Source: Candidatus Ryanbacteria bacterium CG10_big_fil_rev_8_21_14_0_10_43_42 (GTDB taxonomy: Bacteria > Patescibacteriota > Minisyncoccia > Ryanbacterales > 2-02-FULL-48-12). Taken from it: a DNA stretch of 64,000 nucleotides. This document shows, piece by piece, positions 40,874 to 48,040 of the stretch. The number at the start of each line of letters is the position of its first letter. Within the stretch, counting starts at the first letter, position 1. The stretch lies in assembly GCA_002793915.1 (NCBI GenBank), contig PFEF01000006.1, positions 24,697 through 88,696 on the forward strand, in the 5' to 3' direction. The position numbers and the translations under genes are program-made. A model generated the notes under the pieces. That model was given only the letters and a program-made list of their open reading frames with translations, had not been told where the DNA came from and searched no databases.

Positions 40874-42013
40874 ATGCTTGATTTTTCTATACAAAAACAA
40901 TCAAAGAAATCCCATGCACGGGTTGGCACGATAAAAACAACCCATGGAATCGTTGAAACACCAGCTTTTATACCGGTAGCTACTCAAGGTGTGGTAAAGA
41001 CACTTACAAGTGAGGAGGTTGTTGCGGTCGGATCTCAGATGCTTATTTGTAATACATATCACTTACATATTCGTCCCGGAGAAAAGATAGTAAAAGCGAA
41101 TGGAGGATTGCATGGCATGATGCAATGGAATAACCCCCTTATGACGGATTCGGGAGGATTTCAGGTTTTTAGTTTGGGGTTTGGTAAAGAGCAAAGTATG
41201 GGAAAAATTCTTAAAAAGAGGCAAAAACCATCTGTTAGTGCGGATATGAAATCGAAGTTTTTGCGCATAACGGATAAAGGTGTGCATTTTCATTCGTATG
41301 TGGATGGAAAAGAGATTTTTCTCGATCCAAAAACTTCCATAAAAATTCAACAGGCACTGGGTGCCGATATTATGTTTGCATTTGATGAATGTCCGCCACC
41401 TCTTGCGGATGAACGATATATGATTCGGTCACTCGAAAAAACACATAGGTGGGCCGAGGAAAGTTTGAGTGCGAAAACTACAAAGAAGCAATCTTTGTAC
41501 GGTATTGTGCAGGGAGGAAAATATAAGAACTTACGTATGCAGTCTGCACGATATATAGGAAATCTCCCCTTTGATGGATTCGGTATTGGCGGGGAATTCG
41601 GTTTCAGTAAACGGGCAATGACATCCATGCTTCGATGTGTTTTTGAAGAATTACCGGAAGAAAAACCCCGTCATCTCTTGGGCGTGGGACATCCGGAAGA
41701 CATTTTGCCGATTATTAAAGCAGGTGTTGATACGTTTGATTGTATTGTGCCAACACACTATGCGCGCCGCGGCATTGCGTTTACATCTGAAGGAAGGCTT
41801 GATCTTCGAAAAGCTTTATTTTTTACAGACAAAAAACCGCTCGATGAAACGTGCGGGTGTATGGTATGTGGTGTATATTCTCGGGCATATATTACGCATA
41901 TGTTGCGTGCTCACGAAATAACACCGCTTAGACTGCTTACAATACACAATTTGTTTTTTTTCCATGCAAAAGTTGCGCGTATTCGTGAAGACATAAAAGA
42001 GGGAAGAATATGA
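40874..42013 (+). CDS. tgt: tRNA-guanine transglycosylase
   Basis: TPAFIPVAT, NTYHL, TDSGGFQVFSL, GIVQGG, DTFDC, zinc site CGCMVC...H. Confidence 0.95.
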   Translation: MLDFSIQKQSKKSHARVGTIKTTHGIVETPAFIPVATQGVVKTLTSEEVVAVGSQMLICNTYHLHIRPGEKIVKANGGLHGMMQWNNPLMTDSGGFQVFSLGFGKEQSMGKILKKRQKPSVSADMKSKFLRITDKGVHFHSYVDGKEIFLDPKTSIKIQQALGADIMFAFDECPPPLADERYMIRSLEKTHRWAEESLSAKTTKKQSLYGIVQGGKYKNLRMQSARYIGNLPFDGFGIGGEFGFSKRAMTSMLRCVFEELPEEKPRHLLGVGHPEDILPIIKAGVDTFDCIVPTHYARRGIAFTSEGRLDLRKALFFTDKKPLDETCGCMVCGVYSRAYITHMLRAHEITPLRLLTIHNLFFFHAKVARIREDIKEGRI

Positions 42014-42014
42014 A

Positions 42015-42674
42015 ATGGATTTTATTATGAAAGATATATTTGCCGTGTGGAAACCGAAGGGTATGACATCGCATGATGTTGTGAATGCCGTTCGGCGTGC
42101 TACGGGAATAAAAAAGGTAGGACATGCGGGTACGCTTGATCCTCTTGCGGAAGGAGTTTTAGTGGTGGGGGTTGGGCGGGATGCCACGAAACAGTTGGGA
42201 GATATTGTCGCAAAAGAAAAAGAATATGTAGCAGAAGTACTTCTTGGCACCACAAGTAGTACGGACGACGAAGAGGGTGAAAAAACAAAAAGGAATGTAA
42301 GCATTCAGCCATCAAAAAAAGATGTGGAAAAGGTGATAAAATCATTTATCGGGCGCAGTATGCAGGCGCCTCCTCGTTATAGCGCTCTTAAGGTAGGGGG
42401 TGTGCCGGCATACGCATACGCACGCGCCGGTAAAGCAGTGGAATTAAAAGAGCGGCAAATTATGGTAAAGGAAATGGAGCTTGTTTCATATGTCTATCCG
42501 TTTGTCTGCTTTCGTACCGTGACAGGACCGGGAGTATATGTTCGTGCGCTTGCAAGAGATATGGGAGAGCGGCTCCATACGGGCGGATATCTTACGGCAC
42601 TTACGCGAACGCGCGTAGGCGCATTTACCGGGAAGGATGCATGTGTGCTTTCAGAATTAAAAAAAGCCCTGTAA
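42015..42674 (+). CDS. truB: tRNA pseudouridine(55) synthase
   Basis: KPKGMTSHDVV, KVGHAGTLDPLAEG, PPRYSALK, GVYVRALARD. Confidence 0.93.
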   Translation: MDFIMKDIFAVWKPKGMTSHDVVNAVRRATGIKKVGHAGTLDPLAEGVLVVGVGRDATKQLGDIVAKEKEYVAEVLLGTTSSTDDEEGEKTKRNVSIQPSKKDVEKVIKSFIGRSMQAPPRYSALKVGGVPAYAYARAGKAVELKERQIMVKEMELVSYVYPFVCFRTVTGPGVYVRALARDMGERLHTGGYLTALTRTRVGAFTGKDACVLSELKKAL

Positions 42675-42908
42675 TGGACTTATTATTTTTGGATGATGAT
42701 TGCCCGTTGCGAGGCATGTTTATCGGCAATTTTCTTTCGATTGGCAATCATAATATATTGCGCAGCGTGTCGATTTATCAGAGTGCCGCGTTTTATCTCA
42801 TATGTCAATGTCAAAGATTTTTTTACCAGCTTATCTTTTATGGCATTTCTCCTTTTTATTTTATATACTAAGGTGATTATAGGAAATAGTAATAAATAAC
42901 GGAAATAT

Positions 42909-43631
42909 ATGCAAGAATCTCACAATCCGTATGTCATTCCTCTCTCCATTATTGTCGCCGGTGTTCTCATTGCAGGAGCCATTATGTATGCCGGAGACGG
43001 GGGTGGTTTTGTGGCACAAACGGATACAACAAACCCAAAAGACGGTACGGAAAGTGGTAATGAACAAGCTGTTACGGGTGATGTAAAATCCGTTACGGGA
43101 GAAGATCATATTTTAGGCAATCCGGACGCACCGATAAAATTGGTGGAATATTCGGATTTGGAGTGTCCGTTTTGTTCACGATTCCACGCCACCATGAAGC
43201 AGGTAATGGATGAATATGGAAAAGATGGGCAAGTGGCATGGGTATATCGCCATTTTCCGCTATCACAAATTCACCCATCGGCAAATGAGGCGGCACAGGC
43301 AAGTGAGTGTGCGAATGAGCTGGGAGGAAATGATGGATTTTGGGCGTATATCGATGAAGTATTTTTGCGCCAGGATCAGGGACTTTCCACGTCAATGCTT
43401 CTAGCTGTTGCCGAGGATATAGGACTTGATAGACCGGCATTTGAATCATGCCTTAGCTCAGGAACATATGCAGAAAGTGTTCAGCGGTCATTTGAAGATG
43501 CGCGTACGGCTGGCGGTACGGGTACACCATATACGGTAGTGGTTGTTGATGGCGATACATTTACGCCAATCAATGGTGCTCTTCCGTTTGCGCAGGTATC
43601 ATCCGTCATAGAAAGTGCATTGGCAAGATAA
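42909..43631 (+). CDS. DsbA-family thiol-disulfide oxidoreductase
   Basis: N-terminal TM, EYSDLECPFC, YRHFPL, GTP. Confidence 0.92.
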   Translation: MQESHNPYVIPLSIIVAGVLIAGAIMYAGDGGGFVAQTDTTNPKDGTESGNEQAVTGDVKSVTGEDHILGNPDAPIKLVEYSDLECPFCSRFHATMKQVMDEYGKDGQVAWVYRHFPLSQIHPSANEAAQASECANELGGNDGFWAYIDEVFLRQDQGLSTSMLLAVAEDIGLDRPAFESCLSSGTYAESVQRSFEDARTAGGTGTPYTVVVVDGDTFTPINGALPFAQVSSVIESALAR

Positions 43632-43654
43632 TCTTTATTTTTTCCGGTAATGCA

Positions 43655-43689
43655 TAAAAAAGCCGAAGCATGGCATGCTTCGGCTTTTA
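43655..43689. terminator. bidirectional terminator
   Basis: AAAAGCCGAAGCATG-G-CATGCTTCGGCTTTT between convergent genes. Confidence 0.85.
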
Positions 43690-43690
43690 G

Positions 43691-44185
43691 CTATATCTCT
43701 GCGAGATTATGCTCGGGTATATTCACGCGAATTTTTTTTCCGATTAAATTTATCAAAATGGCCATGTAATCGTAAGGAGAGTTCTTTTTATTTTTTACTC
43801 TTTCAATTACCTCTCCTATAATATTCTTAAAAAGACCATCGACAACAAGAACATTTCCCGACCACTGCTTCTCAAGATCTATTATTCCGCCAGTTTCTCG
43901 CTCCTTGAGTTCGGTAATGATAAGTTTATCAATGGGCAGAATCTCACCGGTCGTTCCCACTATATATTTTACGCCTGGTACATTGTTTGTGGTGTGTATG
44001 TGTTCTTTATTAATACACACAAATAGATATTGCGGAAAGAGAGGGGTTTTTATACGTCCTTTTCTTTGTATCTTTTGATATCGCATGGGAAGGTAGATAT
44101 CATCTTTAGGAAATATGCTTTCCAAATAACTCTTTACGGAACGTTCTTTTGCCGCATTGGTCATTACCACATACCATTCCTTCAT
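43691..44185 (-). CDS. specialised NusG paralog (RfaH/LoaP/UpxY-like antiterminator)
   Basis: NGN domain WYVVMT...KE...YLP...PLFPQYLFV...VPGVKYIVG; KOW-like VLVVDGLFKNIIGEV; GAGGTG SD. Confidence 0.85.
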   Translation of the reverse strand: MKEWYVVMTNAAKERSVKSYLESIFPKDDIYLPMRYQKIQRKGRIKTPLFPQYLFVCINKEHIHTTNNVPGVKYIVGTTGEILPIDKLIITELKERETGGIIDLEKQWSGNVLVVDGLFKNIIGEVIERVKNKKNSPYDYMAILINLIGKKIRVNIPEHNLAEI

Positions 44186-44307
44186 ATAGCACCTCTCAAA
44201 TATATTCTGTAAACATTAATGACATAAAAATATATAAAAGTCAATAGTTTTATTGTTGCTGAAATAGTATGCCATAATTTATTTAAAAGAACTATCCATA
44301 AGCTATG

Positions 44308-44336
44308 TTGACGTAAATAAGTTCATTTGCTAGAAT
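44308..44336 (+). promoter_or_regulatory. sigma70 promoter of the attenuator leader
   Basis: TTGACG-17 nt-TAGAAT with extended -10 TG. Confidence 0.8.
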
Positions 44337-44344
44337 GGTTGGTA

Positions 44345-44440
44345 ATGAATAGATTCGTGAACCAGTCTAAAAACTTTTTCTCCTTTTGGGGATGGTTTTT
44401 TGCCTTTATGAGGCGGACTGGTTTTAGGAATGTGATGTAA
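44345..44440 (+). CDS. Phe/Trp-rich attenuator leader peptide (31 aa)
   Basis: MNRFVNQSKNFFSFWGWFFAFMRRTGFRNVM; 6 Phe and 2 Trp within 11 consecutive codons. Confidence 0.75.
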   Translation: MNRFVNQSKNFFSFWGWFFAFMRRTGFRNVM

Positions 44441-44493
44441 TATAAACTCACAATACATGCTAAATACCAGTCCTGTCCAAGCAGGAATTTTTT
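44360..44493 (+). promoter_or_regulatory. ribosome-dependent transcription attenuator
   Basis: Segment 1 AACCAGTCT 44360-44368; segment 2 GGACTGGTTTTAG 44415-44427; segment 3 CTAAATACCAGTCC 44460-44473; terminator TCCTGT-CCAA-GCAGGA-ATTTTTT 44471-44493. Confidence 0.75.
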
Positions 44494-44607
44494 GTGCTTT
44501 AACGGCTCATAATCTTTTTATAAATTTTTTAATATAAAAAGGTTATGAGCCCTATAGAGCATATTTATAGGAAAGTTCTTTAAAAAAGGAATAGGGAGGA
44601 ACGAGTT

Positions 44608-44721
44608 ATGTGGTTCGAAGATCAGGAAGAATGGTGGCGCAACGCATATACGCCATTGTATAGTCCGAAAAAAAACAACGAAGACCATGAAGATCAAGAT
44701 GGTAAAAATCTTGCATGGTAA
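44608..44721 (+). CDS. small aromatic/acidic peptide (37 aa, absent from the ORF track)
   Basis: MWFEDQEEWWRNAYTPLYSPKKNNEDHEDQDGKNLAW with GGGAGGA SD 7 nt upstream. Confidence 0.5.
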   Translation: MWFEDQEEWWRNAYTPLYSPKKNNEDHEDQDGKNLAW

Positions 44722-44748
44722 GAGAAGTACATCAAGAGGAGGAATAGT

Positions 44749-45882
44749 ATGCTTGTTAAGATGTATGGACATGCATCGTCGTCGGAAATTACGGCAATCG
44801 AGGAAAAGCTGCACGGTTTGGGGTATACAACCGGCAAAATGGTCGGTGAGGAAATCACCCTCATTGGTGTCTACGGCGATATCACCCGGCTGCCAACTGG
44901 CGAGATTCAAGAGATGGCTGGTGTAGACCGCCTGATCCCAATCTCGCGCGCCTATAAACGGGTCGCCCAAAAAGGGGTGCCCGGAGCACTTATCCATCAA
45001 ACGGTTCGCATTGGCAGAGTTGAAGTGGGCGGCGATGCATTGAGTATAATCGCCGGTCCTTGTTCGGTTGAGAGTGAGGCCCAGATTATGGAAGCGGCAT
45101 TTTTTGTTAAAGAGTCGGGAGCAAAAGCGCTTCGGGGTGGAGTGGTAAAATATCGCTCAAGTCCATACAGTGGTTGGGAAGGCATTGGTTCAAGCTCTGA
45201 AGAAGCCCTGCGGAATGGCTTACGGCTGATTGTGAAAGCCGGGCGTGCCTTTGATCTGCCAACCGTTGTTGAGGTGCTGGATGCGGCTGATGTGTCGATC
45301 TATGAAGATATGGGGGTGGACTGTCTGCAAGTTGGCGAACCGAACGCCAAAAACCAGTCTCTGCTCAATCGTCTACGTGACACCCAGCTCCCGGTCATCC
45401 ACAAACGCGGTAATTCCTTAGATATCGAAGCGTATCTCTTGTGGGTTGAACGCGTTATGGCAGCGGGCAAAGAAAATGTCATCCTCTGTGAGCGGGGGAT
45501 TGTGAGTTCAAATAAATATACCCGCAATACGCTGGATATGGGTGGTATTGCCGCATTTCATTATCAGCTGTCGTGTTTGCCTGTGGCTATTGATGCCTCG
45601 CATGGCAGTGGTATTCGTGATCTGGTCCATCCGCTAACCTTGGCTGGAATTATGGCCGGTGCCTCAGTTGTTCTCGTTGAATCCCACCCCAATCCGCTGA
45701 TTGCCAAGTCGGATGGATTTCAAGGCTTATTTCCCGAACAGCTCTCCCGCTTAGTCGCTGCCTGCCAGCAGGTGTGGGAACTTCGTAAGCGCATCGAGCC
45801 CTTGTACGTCCCGAGTGCACTACTTGAACAGCAGTATGAAGAGCGGATTGGCCATGATAAAAAACGGTTCTTCGATGTTTAA
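44749..45882 (+). CDS. aroF: DAHP synthase, type I-beta with N-terminal regulatory domain
   Basis: IIAGPCSVES, RGG..KYRSSPY, ILCERG, RNTLD, DASHGSG, ESHPNP..A.SDG.Q; AGGAGGA SD. Confidence 0.88.
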   Translation: MLVKMYGHASSSEITAIEEKLHGLGYTTGKMVGEEITLIGVYGDITRLPTGEIQEMAGVDRLIPISRAYKRVAQKGVPGALIHQTVRIGRVEVGGDALSIIAGPCSVESEAQIMEAAFFVKESGAKALRGGVVKYRSSPYSGWEGIGSSSEEALRNGLRLIVKAGRAFDLPTVVEVLDAADVSIYEDMGVDCLQVGEPNAKNQSLLNRLRDTQLPVIHKRGNSLDIEAYLLWVERVMAAGKENVILCERGIVSSNKYTRNTLDMGGIAAFHYQLSCLPVAIDASHGSGIRDLVHPLTLAGIMAGASVVLVESHPNPLIAKSDGFQGLFPEQLSRLVAACQQVWELRKRIEPLYVPSALLEQQYEERIGHDKKRFFDV

Positions 45883-45893
45883 AAAGGAGGAAT

Positions 45894-46109
45894 ATGGCCG
45901 TGCACTATGATAAAAATGGATTTCCGTGTAATGGCAGATTGAAAAAGATATGCTCTGCATTAAGTTATTGTTGTACATGCAAAATGAGCATTATAAACGC
46001 GGTGCTCTTTGTACTTTCTCCGGAGCGCATATTGTTCCTTAAAATGCGCAGAGAAATTTGTAATTCTTTCCACGAAAACGGCTCTTTGGATTTAGGAGCC
46101 ATTTGTTAA
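45894..46109 (+). CDS. hypothetical Cys-containing protein
   Basis: 71-aa ORF with AAGGAGGA SD directly after DAHP synthase. Confidence 0.45.
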   Translation: MAVHYDKNGFPCNGRLKKICSALSYCCTCKMSIINAVLFVLSPERILFLKMRREICNSFHENGSLDLGAIC

Positions 46110-46116
46110 GAAGGTA

Positions 46117-46146
46117 AGGGGGTTATTAAATAATAACCCCTTTTTT
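46117..46146 (+). terminator. intrinsic terminator
   Basis: GGGGTTATT-AAAT-AATAACCCC followed by a T run. Confidence 0.85.
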
Positions 46147-46184
46147 CTTAAAAACTTACACTATACCGTTATTAACAGCCTTTA

Positions 46185-46360
46185 TTGACAAAAGATCGTT
46201 TTTTGTTAGCATGAAGGAATGTTAAAGGGAGATAATATTTCCGATACGAAAAAGACCGCGCTTCTCTTTGGAGATGTAATTATGTGCCTTACGAAAAGGT
46301 AGCAGAGTTTGTTTTAAATGATTTATAGTAACAAGCTCTGCTTCACGGCAGAGTATTTTT
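46185..46360 (+). promoter_or_regulatory. promoter, short leader ORF and mutually exclusive antiterminator/terminator
   Basis: TTGACA-16-TAGCAT; ORF 46219-46302; 13-bp stem 46301-46313 with 46330-46342 overlapping terminator GCTCTGC-TTCACG-GCAGAGT-ATTTTT. Confidence 0.55.
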
Positions 46361-46472
46361 GTATAATGTATGGATTGTTTGTGGTTTGCGATGTGTCTGC
46401 TTGATAGTGGGCATATGAAGATCATAAGCCGGCTCGTTGACAATTTAAACTCTTATAGGGAGGAGGTTTAGT

Positions 46473-46664
46473 ATGCCCAAGAATAGAAAAGATGAAGATT
46501 CTCATCTGGTGCACGGAGGTGACCCGTTTGTCATTACTCCGGTAATGGGAGATACATATGATAGAGCGGAGATTGAAGAAAATCCTCATCTTGAGGATAA
46601 CTTACGCCGCTTAGAGAAAGAGCGTAAAAAGTTACGAAGGGAGGCGAGTAGTCATGGAAAATAA
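46473..46664 (+). CDS. hypothetical protein
   Basis: 63 aa, GGGAGGAGG SD. Confidence 0.6.
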   Translation: MPKNRKDEDSHLVHGGDPFVITPVMGDTYDRAEIEENPHLEDNLRRLEKERKKLRREASSHGK

Positions 46665-47106
46665 TCTTTCTGATCTTTTACAGCGTGTGGTGGAAGAGTG
46701 TTCTCAAGATATGGCAGACGCAAACCAACGGCATAAAGAGCGTCAGGATAAGAGAGTATGTTTTGTTTATACAAATTGGAGTGTTGATAGAGCAAATGGG
46801 ATAGAGGTGGTGATAGCGAGTGTGGGCATGATTATCAACGGAGTGCGATATGAGGGGATGGCAACTTCTTTTGATGCTGTTCGGCCGGTAAGAGATGTCT
46901 TAATTGAGTCCATTTTATTGGCTGCTTTTAAATCAGATATTATAGCGGGAGAGAATATTCCTTCATTTAAAAGCTGTTTTCAGTCGGGAGTTGTGACACT
47001 TTTTGTGGAGGATGATTCATTTTCTGTTGAAGTTTCCGATGAGCGCGATGACCTTGCTTCTATGGAGGTTGCACGACGATATATTGCTTCACGATTGCCA
47101 TCGTGA
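46654..47106 (+). CDS. hypothetical protein
   Basis: 150 aa, GGGAGG SD, overlaps the end of the upstream ORF. Confidence 0.65.
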   Translation: MENNLSDLLQRVVEECSQDMADANQRHKERQDKRVCFVYTNWSVDRANGIEVVIASVGMIINGVRYEGMATSFDAVRPVRDVLIESILLAAFKSDIIAGENIPSFKSCFQSGVVTLFVEDDSFSVEVSDERDDLASMEVARRYIASRLPS

Positions 47107-47158
47107 AGATTTATGGGGATGCTTACACGCACCCCCATTTTCTAAGGAGGAGTGCGAT

Positions 47159-47524
47159 ATGCTCGATATGGTATTTAAACTACGTCAAGAAAATGAGCGC
47201 GTATATATGGAAATTACGCTTAAGATGAACGACATTTCGGCAACGGAAATATACGAAGGTGATGATTCTTCGTGTCGGCTTGAGGAGAGAGCGGTGACGC
47301 TTATGTTGCAGGCGGCTCAAACGATCGGGATTATGCCACAAACTCAGTTTTCTGTTTCTGTAACGGGAGGGACGGAAGTTCGGAACGGTGTTTTGGTAAC
47401 GATACATGCTGAAAGGAAAATGACGGGATTCACGGATTGTGTTTATAGCACACCGTTCACAGCGGCGCAGGCAACAAAAGATATTCTTGAGCAATTACAG
47501 AATAACGAAGTTAAAGCGGCGTAG
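47159..47524 (+). CDS. hypothetical protein
   Basis: 121 aa from ATG 47159 with AAGGAGGA SD; terminator at about 47530-47570. Confidence 0.65.
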   Translation: MLDMVFKLRQENERVYMEITLKMNDISATEIYEGDDSSCRLEERAVTLMLQAAQTIGIMPQTQFSVSVTGGTEVRNGVLVTIHAERKMTGFTDCVYSTPFTAAQATKDILEQLQNNEVKAA

Positions 47525-47638
47525 ATGTAAACCCCAGAATTTCTATTGGAAATTTTGGGGTTCTTTTTTAAGAAGATTGATTTTTAGTTTACATGGCATT
47601 ATAGTGGAACGAAGATTACCTGATAAGGAGGAGAATGT

Positions 47639-47965
47639 ATGCAAGGAGTATTTGTTATGATTACATACATTCCGAAAAGGGCACTTGATGAAGCATTGTC
47701 GCGAGAGGGTGAAGACCCTCCTACGCAAGAAGAGGCTCTTTCGTTTTTACGGAAGGTTATGTCGTTTAGGGAAATCCCTTCGATTCTGAATAACCCTCCC
47801 TTAATCGGACGTCTTCTGGACACATTTTATGGGAGACATGCCCGTGCCGGTAATGCTTTTGAAAGGATGTCAATTGTCGAACGAGTGAGAGGTGAAAAAT
47901 TGGAGATTACAGGAAAGAGGGTTAGGGAAAAAAATAAGAAAAAAGAAATACAAAGACGCGTATAA
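47639..47965 (+). CDS. hypothetical protein
   Basis: 108 aa, AAGGAGGA SD. Confidence 0.6.
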   Translation: MQGVFVMITYIPKRALDEALSREGEDPPTQEEALSFLRKVMSFREIPSILNNPPLIGRLLDTFYGRHARAGNAFERMSIVERVRGEKLEITGKRVREKNKKKEIQRRV

Positions 47966-48040
47966 GAGCATTACGCTCTTTTTTTTGTCTTCATTATACA
48001 TCCGCTTTCCACTTTTTACGCACTGATTTATACTGGGGAA

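Noticed and set aside
42641-42899. Short ORFs between truB and the DsbA gene
   Set aside because: Competing frames, no clear initiation signal and no motif; a gene cannot be supported.
44518-45000. 160-aa minus-strand ORF and 79-aa ORF at 44687-44926
   Set aside because: Shadow frames overlapping DAHP synthase with no recognisable features.
46228-46290. Fluoride riboswitch or T-box resemblance (GGAGAT...TTTCC, ACCGCG)
   Set aside because: Key conserved nucleotides (GAUG-N-GUUC core, UGGNACC bulge) are missing; retained only as an unclassified switch.
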